A program made the translations under genes and the position numbers. Below the pieces are notes generated by a model. That model saw nothing but the letters and a program-made list of their open reading frames with translations. It searched no databases and was not told where the DNA came from. DNA of 64,000 nucleotides from an uncultured delta proteobacterium (GTDB lineage: Bacteria; Myxococcota_A; Polyangia; Polyangiales; Polyangiaceae): assembly GCA_963841435.1 (NCBI GenBank), contig CAWJCS010000005.1:1782844-1846843 (forward strand), given 5' to 3'. Below, one piece after another: positions 42,039-52,056 of the stretch (the stretch's first letter is position 1; each line of letters opens with the position of its first letter).

Positions 42039-43832
42039 ATGATTCAAACGAGGTACCTGGTCGGTCTGGGAGCACTTGCGGCGTCACTCGCCGCGTGCGG
42101 CTCGACAATCGAAGGGCCCGCGGGCGGCTCCGGCGCCATGAGCGGCACTGCCGGCACGCCGCCGGCGACGGGCGGCTCGGTCGCGACCGGCGGCACCGGT
42201 GGCTCCGCAACGGGCGGCACCGCCGGTTCGAGCACGGGCGGCAGCACGACGGGGGGAGCTGGCGGGAGTATGGCCGGCACGGGCGCCGGCGGTTCCGGCG
42301 GCGTCACGACCTGCGTTCCGGGGGTTCCCGCGTCCACGCAGATCCCGCGTTTGAGGAACACCCAGTACGACGACGTGATGAACGATCTCCTCGGTGTCAC
42401 GACGCTGGCGAGCGCTGGGAACGGGACCCCGTCTTCTTTGCTCGCCGAGGATTCCGGCGGCGCCATGACGGACATCGGGTGGAGCGCCTACCAGAACGCG
42501 GCAAACAAGCTTGCCACCGAGGTCATGGCGGGACCAAACCGGGCCAAGTTCATCTCCTGCGATCCGGCGATGCCGGCCTGCCTGACGAGCACCATCCAGT
42601 CCTTCGGTCGCAAGGCGTTCCGGCGGCCGCTCACGGATGCAGAAGTGGCCGCCTTCGAGACGCTCACGAGCGTGACTCCGGCGGGGACACCAGAGCAGAT
42701 GGCGACGGCCATTCTGTATACGTTCCTCGCGTCGCCCTCGTTCATCATGATCCCCGAGCTCGCGCAGGACACGGAAGCGGGCGCCATCAAGCTCTCGAGC
42801 TTCGAGGTGGCGGCAAGGCTTTCGTTCTTCCTCTGGAACTCCGTTCCCGACGACGCGCTGAACACCGCGGCCGACAACGGCCTGCTCGCGACCAGCCAGC
42901 AAATTCTGGAGCAGGCGCAGCGCATGGTGCTGGTTCGCGCCAAAGCGGCCCCGGTCGTCAGCGCGTTCCACCGCGCCTACGCCGACATTCGCCTGGGCTC
43001 GCACTGGGACAGCATCGATCACGACACGACGACGTATCCCAAGTACTCGCCTGCCGTGCGCACCGCGATGATGAAGGAAATCGACGCCTTCTTCGAAAAC
43101 GTCGCGTTCCAGGACGGCTCCTTCAAGGATCTTTTCCTGAGCAGCGCCGCCTACGTCAATGCGGACACCGCGGCGATCTACGGGCTCGACCCGGCCGCCT
43201 ATGGCCCGGAGCTCACCCGCGTGGCGCTCGACGCCAACCAGCGACCCGGGTTTTTGACCCGCGTCGGGTTCCTCAGCTCCTTCTCGTCACCGGGCACCTC
43301 GAGCCCGCTCCTTCGTGGCGCGTATCTCACCCGAAGCATCCTCGGTATTCACATCGACGATCCGCCAGCGGACGCCTCCAAGACACCCATCCCCCCTGGC
43401 ACCTACACGACCTACCGTCAGGCCATGGAGGCGTTGACGGCCGGTCCGAAGTGCGCCGGCTGTCACGCTCCCCTGATCAACCCGCCCGGCTTCGTGCTCG
43501 AGCACTTCGACTCGATCGGCGAATGGCAAGACACGGATCGCATGGGCGGCGCGATCGACGGAACCGCCAACGTCATGTTCAGCGAAGACCGCATCGAGAC
43601 GATCACCTCACCCCTCGAGCTCATGACGGAGATCGGAACGGGTCCCGAAGCCCAACACCTCTACGCCGAGCGTTGGGTCTCGTTCGCGACCGGCCGGGTG
43701 CCGAACCCGAACGACGCCTGCGAGGTCAACACGCTGAGCGCCAGGCTGGCTCAAAACGGCTACCGCATTCTCGATCTGGTGACGGATCTCACCCAGGCCG
43801 AGTCCTTCCGCCTCCGCACCGTTGGCAACTGA
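42039..43832 (+). CDS. DUF1592/DUF1588/DUF1595-domain lipoprotein
   Basis: 'RKAFRRPLT', 'ARLSFFLWNSVPD', 'CAGCH..INPPGF.LEHFD'. Confidence 0.85.
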   Translation: MIQTRYLVGLGALAASLAACGSTIEGPAGGSGAMSGTAGTPPATGGSVATGGTGGSATGGTAGSSTGGSTTGGAGGSMAGTGAGGSGGVTTCVPGVPASTQIPRLRNTQYDDVMNDLLGVTTLASAGNGTPSSLLAEDSGGAMTDIGWSAYQNAANKLATEVMAGPNRAKFISCDPAMPACLTSTIQSFGRKAFRRPLTDAEVAAFETLTSVTPAGTPEQMATAILYTFLASPSFIMIPELAQDTEAGAIKLSSFEVAARLSFFLWNSVPDDALNTAADNGLLATSQQILEQAQRMVLVRAKAAPVVSAFHRAYADIRLGSHWDSIDHDTTTYPKYSPAVRTAMMKEIDAFFENVAFQDGSFKDLFLSSAAYVNADTAAIYGLDPAAYGPELTRVALDANQRPGFLTRVGFLSSFSSPGTSSPLLRGAYLTRSILGIHIDDPPADASKTPIPPGTYTTYRQAMEALTAGPKCAGCHAPLINPPGFVLEHFDSIGEWQDTDRMGGAIDGTANVMFSEDRIETITSPLELMTEIGTGPEAQHLYAERWVSFATGRVPNPNDACEVNTLSARLAQNGYRILDLVTDLTQAESFRLRTVGN

Positions 43833-43847
43833 GCAGGAAACCCGACC

Positions 43848-45425
43848 ATGAACAAGCACATGAACCGAAGACTCTTTCTCCGCGGGCTCGGCGGAGCTGC
43901 CATCGCCGCGCCGTTCCTGAGCTCCGTTGCCGAACGCGCGGCGCTGTCGCAGTCGTTGCCGGTCAACATGCCGAAGCGCTTGATCGCGATGTTCACGCAC
44001 TACGGCTGCCTCACGAACCGCTGGTTTCCCACCAAGTCGCACGGGGAGCTCACGGCTGCCGACTACCAGGCGACGACGCTCAAGCATCTGGCTGACTTCG
44101 CGCCGAAGCTCCTCATGCCCCGCGGCATTCGCGCCATGAACGAGTGGAGCTTCGATGGGGCCTACGGTCAGACGACCGACCCCCACACGCAGGTCTGCGG
44201 TTCGTACCTCACCTGCTTCCCCGTCACGCCGGACAACGGTAAGTTCGACGCCAAGCCCACCGGTCGCTCGCTCGATCACATCGCGGCCGAGCAGGTCAAC
44301 CCGAGCAAGAAGCCGCTCTTCATGCAGATCGGCGGCGTCAGGGGCTCGGATAGCCTCACGCAGGACGTGATCTCGTGGGAGAAGCCGGGCGTGATTTTCC
44401 CGGGCTACGGCAGCCCCACGGCCGTCTTCAACAACCTCACGCAGATGTTCGGCAACGGCCCCGTGACGGCGGATACGTATGACCTAGTTGCGCGCGGCAA
44501 GAGCGCCGTCAACATCTTCCGCGGAGACATCGACACCCTGAAGCGGGTCCCCATGAGCTCGTCGGATCAGCAGAAGCTCGACGCCTGGATGCAGCTCCTC
44601 CACGAAACGGGTGGCCAGGTCACGGCAGAGTGCACCGAAGCGACGGCCACGGGTCTCGGCCTGACGGCGCAGACCGTGCAGGCGGCGCAGGGCAACGACC
44701 TTTCGAAAGTCACGAAGGTCATGCTCGACCTCGCGGTGCTCTCGGCCATCTGCGACACCAACCGCGTGATGGTCCTGAAGTTCCCGGGCACGTACGTGTT
44801 CAACTTCCTCGGTCTCCAGAAGGACTCGCACGGCATCTCGCACCGCATCGGCACCGCGTTCATGGGAGGCCAGTGCCTCGACGGCGTGCTCGACATGATC
44901 GCGACGATCGACGACTGGTACGCCCAGCAGTTCGCCTACCTCGTCGGCCGTCTCGACAGCTTCGACGAAGGCACTGGCAAGCTCCTCGACAACACCGCCA
45001 CCGTCTGGTTTCAGGAAATGTCCGACGGCAACAGCCACAACCTGAACAACCTGCCCATCCTGCAGGCAGGCAGCTGCGGTGGCTACTTCACGACCGGCAA
45101 GGCCGTGAACGTCGAGGGTGCAGCCACCGACATGACGGTCGGCCACAGCGAGGACGACTGCAAGAACGGCCAGTCCACGAACCTCGACGGCGTCGGCACC
45201 CCGGCGACCATCGCCACGCAGCCGATCAACAAATACTTCTGCAACCTGATGAACGCCATCGGCGTCAAAGCCGGCGCTGACGGCTTCCCCGCCGCCGGCG
45301 GCGCGGCCGAAGTCACCCACTTCGGCATGTACGACGACTCCAAGCTCTTCAAGGGCGGCGGCACGCAACCCGCATCGATCAAGAATCCCGGCGAGTACTC
45401 CGAGCTCCGCGGGACCGGCGTCTAG
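43848..45425 (+). CDS. DUF1552 protein with Tat signal
   Basis: 'NRRLFLRGLGG', 'SLDHIAA', 'LLDNT....QEMSDGNSH'. Confidence 0.85.
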   Translation: MNKHMNRRLFLRGLGGAAIAAPFLSSVAERAALSQSLPVNMPKRLIAMFTHYGCLTNRWFPTKSHGELTAADYQATTLKHLADFAPKLLMPRGIRAMNEWSFDGAYGQTTDPHTQVCGSYLTCFPVTPDNGKFDAKPTGRSLDHIAAEQVNPSKKPLFMQIGGVRGSDSLTQDVISWEKPGVIFPGYGSPTAVFNNLTQMFGNGPVTADTYDLVARGKSAVNIFRGDIDTLKRVPMSSSDQQKLDAWMQLLHETGGQVTAECTEATATGLGLTAQTVQAAQGNDLSKVTKVMLDLAVLSAICDTNRVMVLKFPGTYVFNFLGLQKDSHGISHRIGTAFMGGQCLDGVLDMIATIDDWYAQQFAYLVGRLDSFDEGTGKLLDNTATVWFQEMSDGNSHNLNNLPILQAGSCGGYFTTGKAVNVEGAATDMTVGHSEDDCKNGQSTNLDGVGTPATIATQPINKYFCNLMNAIGVKAGADGFPAAGGAAEVTHFGMYDDSKLFKGGGTQPASIKNPGEYSELRGTGV

Positions 45426-45475
45426 CTCGGCTCGATAGCCGCCAAAGCCCCGCCGAACCGACGCTCTGAGGGCGG

Positions 45476-45863
45476 CTAGTCGAGGTGCGCCTCGCCACCC
45501 AGTTGGCGCTTTCGCTCGAACAGAACGATGCCGAGCGCCACCACGAGGTTGAGGCTCTGCGTTCGTCCGTGCACCGGAATGGTCACTGCCACGGAGCTTG
45601 CCGCGACGACCTCGGAGGGCAGGCCACGGCCCTCGGACCCGAAAAGGAGCAGGTCCGTCGGCGCGAAGCGGTGCTCACCGAGCGGCACGGCCGTAGCGTC
45701 GAGAACGGTGGCGACGACGCGCCCGAACCTTGCCGTAGCGCTCGCGCACGAGGTGATGAGGGTCGAAGACGTGGCATTCACGTTGACCGAACACTTCCAA
45801 AGTCCGCGCGAGCAGGCAAAGGTTGTGGAAGTCTTCCGGCGCGTACAGAAAAACGGAGGCCAT
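45476..45863 (-). pseudogene. TrmH/SpoU-family RNA methyltransferase, disrupted
   Basis: N-part 'PEDFHNL' and C-part 'LFGSEGRGL..SLNL' lie in different frames. Confidence 0.7.
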
Positions 45864-46132
45864 CTGCGGACAACGGCGAAAGCTACCAGGTAGAGCTGGT
45901 CATACGAGGTGCGGGCGTCTGCTTCACTGGCTCGTGGGGCAGCACCGTCAGAGCTGAAAGGCTCTGCAGTAGCGGTCCCAGATCAAGGGTTCATGCTCCA
46001 GGGCGTACGATTCGGCAAAGCCCTCACCGCGGGCAGTTGAACCTGTCCGTCGCGAACCGCCGGGGCTGTCTTGCGATGCGGATGCTGCATTGGTTCAGGG
46101 GCACGGCAAGTGCTCTCGCGGGAACACGGGGG

Positions 46133-46444
46133 TTACCGGAGAATGACAAAGTACAAAAAGGCCCATGAAGCGGCGAGAATACCCCAGGCGGTCAGGACAT
46201 AGCCTAGCGGGTACGCGCGCTTGCCGGGGTGGAGCTCGGCGACGGCGACCGCGTTGCCACGAATGACCAGGCTAGCGAAGAGCAGTGGCGCGCACCACCA
46301 CGAGATGCTTGCCCAGCTCTCGCCGTACTGCTTCTGCTGGAACGCAAAGAGCGCAGTGACAGCAAGCACCACGGGCACGGTCTTACGGAGCACGGCCCTT
46401 CGAGTCTGGGGCGCCGACCGAGCGCAGGCGAGCGGGATCGCCAC
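46133..46444 (-). CDS. Small hypothetical membrane protein
   Basis: Three hydrophobic segments; start uncertain. Confidence 0.45.
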   Translation of the reverse strand: MAIPLACARSAPQTRRAVLRKTVPVVLAVTALFAFQQKQYGESWASISWWCAPLLFASLVIRGNAVAVAELHPGKRAYPLGYVLTAWGILAASWAFLYFVILR

Positions 46445-46480
46445 GAGAAAGTCGTCGAGCGTGTCGGCACCTGCCCGAGA

Positions 46481-47227
46481 TCACGCCTGATGCCCGGCGC
46501 CTGCCTCGAAGAATATGGGCTGCCCAACCGAGAGGCGCCCGCGTCGAACGACGCTGCCGTAGACCCCAGCCTTGTTGTTCCTCTCTCGAACAACCGCCTT
46601 CAGCACCTCGGGTGCGGGGCGTGCCGAGTCGGGGTCGAAGTTTACCATTGAGCAGCGCTCGTCGCGGTTGGTAACGGCTATGGAAGCGGCGTCGTTGGTT
46701 TGTCCGAAACAGAGGAGGCCACCGACCCATTCATCCTCCTCGAAGGCAAGCGACTGCGCTGACCTAATCAGGATATTCGGCCGGAATCTCCGGACGTCTG
46801 GGCTCTGCGCCGCGAGCCTCCCGACTTCCTCAACCGTGGCGCACGTAATCATGGAGATGCTCGCTTCGTCGAAGATGCCACGGTTGAGATGCATCATTTC
46901 GACCGGCGATCCATGCCGGCGACCGACATCGGCGGCGAGCTCCTGGCCGAACAGATCCAGCTCCTCTCCCCCTGGCGTGCGCACATGCGTCGGGGGACTT
47001 GCTGCGGCGTCAGCTCCCCGCCGCACCGGAGCGAACAGAATCAGCTCTGGAAGCCTGGAGGCACTTAGCCAGGGGAACCCACGACGATCGTCAATCCGAC
47101 GAAATGAAAAGCGCCGGTCACCGTCAAGACCGTGCCAGCCAAGCTCCGCTTCCTCGAGAGCTTCGCCGCCCATGGACTTCACCGGGTACCGGAACAGCAC
47201 TTCTATCGCACCAACCTTGATCGTCAT
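46481..47227 (-). CDS. MOSC-domain protein (probable distal cassette)
   Basis: 'YPVKSM', 'DRRF', 'RRFRPNI', 'RCSMVN'; starts just after an attC core. Confidence 0.88.
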   Translation of the reverse strand: MTIKVGAIEVLFRYPVKSMGGEALEEAELGWHGLDGDRRFSFRRIDDRRGFPWLSASRLPELILFAPVRRGADAAASPPTHVRTPGGEELDLFGQELAADVGRRHGSPVEMMHLNRGIFDEASISMITCATVEEVGRLAAQSPDVRRFRPNILIRSAQSLAFEEDEWVGGLLCFGQTNDAASIAVTNRDERCSMVNFDPDSARPAPEVLKAVVRERNNKAGVYGSVVRRGRLSVGQPIFFEAGAGHQA

Positions 47228-47241
47228 GCCCGATCTCGTCC

Positions 47242-47325
47242 GGCCAACGTACCAACGCTAAGCTGCGCTGGTCGAGCGTAGCGAGAGCCGCGTCTGCTTC
47301 AGCCCGGAGAAACGCAAAGTTAGGC
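47242..47325 (-). repeat. attC
   Basis: GGCCAAC...GCTAAGCTGCG...CGTCTGCTTCAGC...GTTAGGC. Confidence 0.8.
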
Positions 47326-47424
47326 AGCGTCGTCCGAGGGGCGCCACTGAAGGCGGAGTTCCTTGCGGTGCTCCGCGCAGTCTCGAAGATACATATCGAT
47401 GAGAGTTTGGTACGGAAGACCCAT
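47320..47424 (-). pseudogene. C-terminal remnant of a BrnA/CopG-like antitoxin
   Basis: Manual translation MGLPYQTLIDMYLRDCAEHRKELRLQW...*; stop lies inside GCCTAAC. Confidence 0.6.
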
Positions 47425-47460
47425 GCCACCCCGAAGGGGTCTAGGCCGAAGCCGCTCAGG

Positions 47461-47529
47461 CTCCGCTGCGGGGTGAGCGAAGCGAGCCGGCGACCGACGG
47501 CGACCGGCTGCTGCAACACCGAGTTATGC
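47461..47529 (-). repeat. Partial attC
   Basis: GGTGAGCGAAGCGAGCCGGCGACCGAC..CTGCTGCAAC..GTTATGC; the AAC end is missing. Confidence 0.7.
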
Positions 47530-48279
47530 GGCTTCGTGCAAGAGCCGTCCGTGCCATCCGTCGACCGGAGCGTACAGGATATGAAGAGCGCGGCGATGGG
47601 TGCTGCGTGTCGACGTTCCGGAGCGATGAATCACGAGCGGCTTCATGAGGAGCAGGTCGCCCGGTCCAGCGGAGCAGGGCTCGTAGGCATCGATCGGCAA
47701 GTGGGAAATCTCGGTCTCGCGAACGCGGCCGCGCAAATGGCTGCCCGGAACGACGTACAGACCGCCGCTGTTCTCGTCGGAGACGTTGAAATGAATCCGC
47801 ACGGCGAGCAATGCAGTCAAGACGGACTCTGGCGGCTCGGCATAGGTCAAGCCGTCGCGGACACGTTGTCGTCGAACTAGGTTGTCGTCGATCCCCGAGG
47901 GAACCGGCACGACAACATCTTGATGTGCGGGCACGGCCCAGTTCGCTTCGGCGTGCTTGTCGAAGAAAATGGCGTCGATCGGAAACAAGCGTCGCCCCGA
48001 GGCTTCGCTTGCGAATTGGGTGATCAAGAGGAGCTCGAGGTGCGCTGCGAGTTCGGGACAGGCGGCCAGGAGGGCACGAACGCCGTAGGTCTGGCCGGAT
48101 CGGTGACGAACAGCTCCTCGAGCCTCGTCCAAGCGCATCGCCGAGAGAAGGAAGCGCAGCTGGTCTTCGTGCAACGCGGCGGGCACAAGCGCGACTCCGC
48201 GAGCCTGCAGCAATTGTCGCACGTCGTGGGTCGCTGTCATGCCGCTCGACTCTTCGGTTTCTGGTTTTCGCAGAGGCAT
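47524..48279 (-). CDS. PhyH-family Fe(II)/2OG dioxygenase (cassette)
   Basis: 'FFDK..ANWAVPAHQD', 'VVPGSH', 'HRS...RRALH'; TAA inside attC. Confidence 0.85.
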   Translation of the reverse strand: MPLRKPETEESSGMTATHDVRQLLQARGVALVPAALHEDQLRFLLSAMRLDEARGAVRHRSGQTYGVRALLAACPELAAHLELLLITQFASEASGRRLFPIDAIFFDKHAEANWAVPAHQDVVVPVPSGIDDNLVRRQRVRDGLTYAEPPESVLTALLAVRIHFNVSDENSGGLYVVPGSHLRGRVRETEISHLPIDAYEPCSAGPGDLLLMKPLVIHRSGTSTRSTHRRALHILYAPVDGWHGRLLHEAA

Positions 48280-48288
48280 CTTACGCCC

Positions 48289-48389
48289 GCCTAACGTACG
48301 GGCGTTCAGCTGCGGGCGCCAGAGGGAGCGGGTGAGCGCAGCGAAACCGGTGACCGACGAAGCCCGTCTGCTGCAGCGCAGAGTTAGGC
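48289..48389 (-). repeat. attC (long type)
   Basis: GCCTAAC...GTTAGGC with inner palindrome. Confidence 0.9.
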
Positions 48390-48394
48390 AGCCG

Positions 48395-48622
48395 TCAGCC
48401 GGTTGAGTCGAGCGCGCGAACCGAAACAAGTTCGTCGTCGGCGGCTTCGCGAACATCAGCGGTTCGCAGCGTGACGACGGCGCGGGTCTTCCCTGAAGCC
48501 GTGAAAAACTCAACCTCCAGCCCCCCGGTTGGGTAGAGGTGCACGACAGTGCCGATGTCGCCCTTGCGCAGACCGTCCTCGGGGACATCGCGGGTGAGAA
48601 CAACTTCCTCAAGCAGCTGCAT
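48395..48622 (-). CDS. DUF4926 protein
   Basis: 'VVLTRDVP..GLRKGDIGTVVH..EVEF'. Confidence 0.8.
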   Translation of the reverse strand: MQLLEEVVLTRDVPEDGLRKGDIGTVVHLYPTGGLEVEFFTASGKTRAVVTLRTADVREAADDELVSVRALDSTG

Positions 48623-48627
48623 GGCGA

Positions 48628-48961
48628 TCAGTCAGGGTAGGCGGTAACGAAACGGAGTTGGTCGTCGCCAGCGTTCACGATCCAGATCGTTCTGACGACG
48701 GCCTCACGACCTGCGGGCCCTCGAATGGTAGCACGAACCTCGAACTTGGTTCCGAACGCGCTCTGCTGGCCCGGGTTGGCATCACCGGACCGCGCGACGT
48801 CCAGGAGCACCGAGCGAAGCGCTTCCCAGTCCGAGGCGACAAACCCCGAGCGCCCTGAAGAACGCGGGCTTGCCGCGAGCGCGCGGATTCGCGGGCGAAA
48901 GGAGAAAGTCCCGCACCTTCTCCGGTGCCACAAAGGCTCGATCCGCGCCGGGCAACTTCAC
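48628..48961 (-). CDS. DUF6883-like protein (frameshift in G run at ~48845)
   Basis: VKLPGADRAFVAPEKVRDFLL...; C-part 'FGTKFEV..RTIWI..RFVTAYP'. Confidence 0.65.
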
Positions 48962-49001
48962 ACGGCAGTCCTATCCGGATCGACGGCTCAGTGCCAAGTC
49001 T

Positions 49002-49075
49002 GCCTAACGTAGCAGGGCTAAGCAGCGCGGGTCGAGCGCAGCGAGGCCCGCGCCTGCTTCAGCCCCGAGTTAGGC
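49002..49075 (-). repeat. attC
   Basis: GCCTAAC...GGGCTAAGCAGCGCGGG...CCCGCGCCTGCTTCAGCCC...GTTAGGC. Confidence 0.92.
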
Positions 49076-49115
49076 GCCGCTTGCTCATATGTCGAAACTG
49101 ACATATCATTGAGGA

Positions 49116-49418
49116 ATGTCGCCGCGCCACAAGCCTTTGGTCTGGCTGGGCGGCGAAATCAAGACGCCCCCGCTCTCGACCCGAGCTCGAGTCGAAGCGG
49201 GTTTCCTCCTGCGAAAACTGCAAGCTGGTGAAAGCCTGACGATGCCGCACTCCCGACCGATGCCAGTGATCGGAACCCGCTGCCACGAGCTGAGGGTTCA
49301 AGACGAAGGCCGAATCTGGCGGATCATCTACCGAATCGAGCGGGACGCCGTGATCATTGCGGAAGTCTTTGCGAAAACGTCGCAGGCGACACCGAAAGCT
49401 GCGATCGAGCTCAGCTAA
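49116..49418 (+). CDS. RelE/ParE (Gp49-like) toxin with probable premature stop
   Basis: 'PHSRPM', 'CHELRV', 'WRIIYR', 'FAKTSQATP'. Confidence 0.85.
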   Translation: MSPRHKPLVWLGGEIKTPPLSTRARVEAGFLLRKLQAGESLTMPHSRPMPVIGTRCHELRVQDEGRIWRIIYRIERDAVIIAEVFAKTSQATPKAAIELS

Positions 49419-49462
49419 GACCGGCTGCGCCGGTACGACCAAGCAAGCAAGGGGCGAAGCTG

Positions 49463-49795
49463 ATGGACCGGAAGAAACAGAAGCGACTCGAAGAGGCCGG
49501 ATGGCGTCTCGGTTCGGCGTCGGAGTTCCTGAGGCTAACGAGTGCGGAAGAACAGCTCGTCGAGATGAAACTTTCGCTCGGTACGAGGCTGCGCAAGGCA
49601 CGGCAGCGACACAACCTCACGCAGGCGGCGCTTGCTGATCGAATGGGTTCCAGCCAGTCACGGGTCGCAAAAATGGAAGCCGGTGACCCGACCGTCTCGC
49701 TCGACCTTCTGGTCCAAGGGCTGCTGGCGGCCGGCGCAACTCGCCGAGAGATCGCTGACGCCCTCGCCCCAACGAAGAAGGTCGCGAGCGCCTAA
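49463..49795 (+). CDS. XRE-family HTH antitoxin
   Basis: 'LTQAALADRMGSSQSRVAKME'. Confidence 0.85.
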   Translation: MDRKKQKRLEEAGWRLGSASEFLRLTSAEEQLVEMKLSLGTRLRKARQRHNLTQAALADRMGSSQSRVAKMEAGDPTVSLDLLVQGLLAAGATRREIADALAPTKKVASA

Positions 49796-49804
49796 CGTAG
49801 CAGG

Positions 49805-51059
49805 CATAAGAAGGGGGTGGCGGAAGAATCGCGACGGGTAGCTTGGGTGGCGTTCGCCAAGGGCGTGGGGGCGAGGAGGTGCGCACTGGCGCTCGCGGCG
49901 GCGTACGCGTTGTCGCTGGGGGATCCGCTCGACGCGGCGGGAGTGGAGAGAGGATCTGGGTCCCCTATCCTGGTGTCTTCCACAACCCCGAAGAAAGGAG
50001 ACCCAGATGACCCGGTATATCGGACTCGATGCCCACGCGGAAAGCTGCACGATCGCGGTGCTCGGCCCGAGCGGCAAACGGCTGCGTCACGAGCGCCTTC
50101 AGACGAGCGCGGAGCTGCTCAAGAGCTTCATCAAGGAGGTGCCCCGGCCGCGGCAGCTGTGCATGGAGGACGGCACGTTGAGCGAGTGGCTGTTCGAGGA
50201 GCTCACGCCGATCGTGGACAAGCTGGTCGTCGTGATGCCGGATCGCACGCCAGGCAACAAGAGCGACCTCATCGACGCGTGCAAGCTGGCCGACGACCTG
50301 CGGCGCAATGCGATTCGTCGCCCCGTGTACAAGGCGCCGGGTTGCTTCCGGGCGCTGCGCGAGGCGGCGCGGACGCACTACGTGCTGCAGCGCGACAAAG
50401 TCCGCACCAAGAGTCGGCTGAATGCTCTGTGCCGCGGCTGCGGCCATGCCGAGCTCGCCAAGTCGCTCTACGCGTCGAAGACCCGAGGCCAGGCGCTGAA
50501 GCAGCTGCCCGAGCATCTGCGCCCGCGAGCAGCGCTGTTCGGGCAGCAGCTCGACGGTCTGATCGAGTGCTCGAGCCAGGCCGACAAGACTCTGCGCGAG
50601 GAGAGCAGCCGGGTGCCGATCGTGCAGAAGCTTTCAACGGCGCCGGGGATCGGGCTCGTGCGAGCGGCGTACATCGTGGCGGTGGTGATGACGCCGCATC
50701 GGTTCCGCACGGCGCGGCAGTTCTGGAGCTACAGCGGGCTCGCGGTCGTGACGCGCTCGTCGTCGGACTGGGTCTCCGAAGGCGCGGGCAAGTGGCGGCG
50801 GAGCAAGGCCATGGCCCTCGAGGCCCAACGAAGAGGATGGTGCCCGAATTCAGCACCACAGACAGGGCTTCTTCTCGGCACCGGAGCACACGCCCAGCAC
50901 CGCCTTCGCTCTCGACTCATCGGCGACACTGACAATCAACTGCGACCCAGTCCGACCGCCGACCGGACGCGCTTCGCCAAGACCGACACCATTCCGCACG
51001 GTGCAAGACCGACCGCGGATGCGCCGCGGTCCATCTTGACACCTCACCCCTCGAAGAGG
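49805..51059 (+). mobile_element. IS110/IS1111-family element A, copy 1, inserted in attC (halves 49790-49804 and 51057-51119)
   Basis: AGG on both flanks; short subterminal IR AGGGGGTG/CACCCCT; joined flanks rebuild an attC. Confidence 0.85.
50007..50820 (+). pseudogene. IS110-family recombinase, C-terminus apparently deleted
   Basis: 'YIGLDAH', 'CMEDG', 'KSDLIDA', 'PGIG', 'SYSGL..RSSS'; family-like sequence ends near aa 270 (end approximate). Confidence 0.8.
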
Positions 51060-51148
51060 TTTCGGCGGCGCCGGCCGCGCGACAGCGAGGGCGGCGTCTG
51101 CTGCAAACCGGAGTTATGCGGGGCCGTTGGGGCACGGCCATGGCGGAG

Positions 51149-51568
51149 CTATTGGAGGATCGTGAAGCGTCCGTATTCTCGAAAATGCCGGTCGAATGCA
51201 ACGGCTTCGGTGATGCCGAGTCGCTCCATCACGACAAAGCTGAGGGCGTCGCAGAGTGAGTAGGTCTTGTCCGCATGTGTTCGAACCAAGGCTTCCGCCT
51301 TGATCTCGTCATCAACGCGGATCGGCTCCACCGTCAGCGCAGCGGTGGACGCTTGAACGGCATCGAGAAACGAGATGGCAGCTCGGCGTCCGTCTCGAGC
51401 GCGAGCCAAGAGGACCGAGTAGGTCTCGATGACCACGGCGTTTGTCGTGATCAGCGCCCACCGCTCGCGGGACGCCGAGCCGAACAGCGCGGCGGCGCGA
51501 CCGTGCATCCGGTCTTCGGCGACCAGCAGGGCCACGAACCCGCTGGTGTTGACGAAGACACGCTTCAT
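51149..51568 (-). CDS. PIN-domain (VapC) toxin
   Basis: 'VFVNTS', 'VIETYS', 'SLCDALSF', 'FDRHF'. Confidence 0.88.
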   Translation of the reverse strand: MKRVFVNTSGFVALLVAEDRMHGRAAALFGSASRERWALITTNAVVIETYSVLLARARDGRRAAISFLDAVQASTAALTVEPIRVDDEIKAEALVRTHADKTYSLCDALSFVVMERLGITEAVAFDRHFREYGRFTILQ

Positions 51569-51573
51569 CCGGG

Positions 51574-51810
51574 TTATGTCTCCGGATCGAGAGCGGACGC
51601 AGCGACGTGAGCGTACTTGTTGGTCGAGAGGTCAGCAAAGACCGAGTGGACGGTGGCCGAGACGGCTAGAAGCGCTGCCAGCGGGTCGGACGCCGGGACG
51701 GCATTGCTCGGCTCCTCACGCTCAAGGGCGTCCAGTTCGCCAATCAACCGACGACGCTCGGCCGGCGAAAGGCCTCGCGCGGCGTCGATCAGCTCAGCAA
51801 GCTTGTCCAT
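51574..51810 (-). CDS. Putative antitoxin
   Basis: Small ORF directly upstream of the PIN gene in the same cassette. Confidence 0.65.
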   Translation of the reverse strand: MDKLAELIDAARGLSPAERRRLIGELDALEREEPSNAVPASDPLAALLAVSATVHSVFADLSTNKYAHVAASALDPET

Positions 51811-51956
51811 GGCCACGAAGTTGATCATAGCGCATCGCAGAAGATCGAACCACGTCCGCGTTCACGAGTGGCGCGGGGCCAGCCTCGACCTTGGAGCTCG
51901 GAACTCCCGCCCCTTCAGGGCGCCAGCACGCCGCTCACGGGTTTCGGGTCGCCTCC

Positions 51957-52056
51957 GCATAACGGCTGCGGTTTCAGTTGCAAGCGCACCACGGCAAGAC
52001 TAGTCAGGTTAAGGCAAACATTTCAGGCGCTTGGTAACTGCAAACCGGAGTTATAC
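51957..52056 (-). repeat. attC (divergent variable region)
   Basis: GCATAAC..GGTTTCAGTT...AACTGCAAACC..GTTATAC. Confidence 0.88.

Noticed and set aside
50820-51263. C-terminal extension of the 418-aa IS110 ORF
   Set aside because: Read-through across the IS non-coding end, attC and the antisense PIN gene after a deletion
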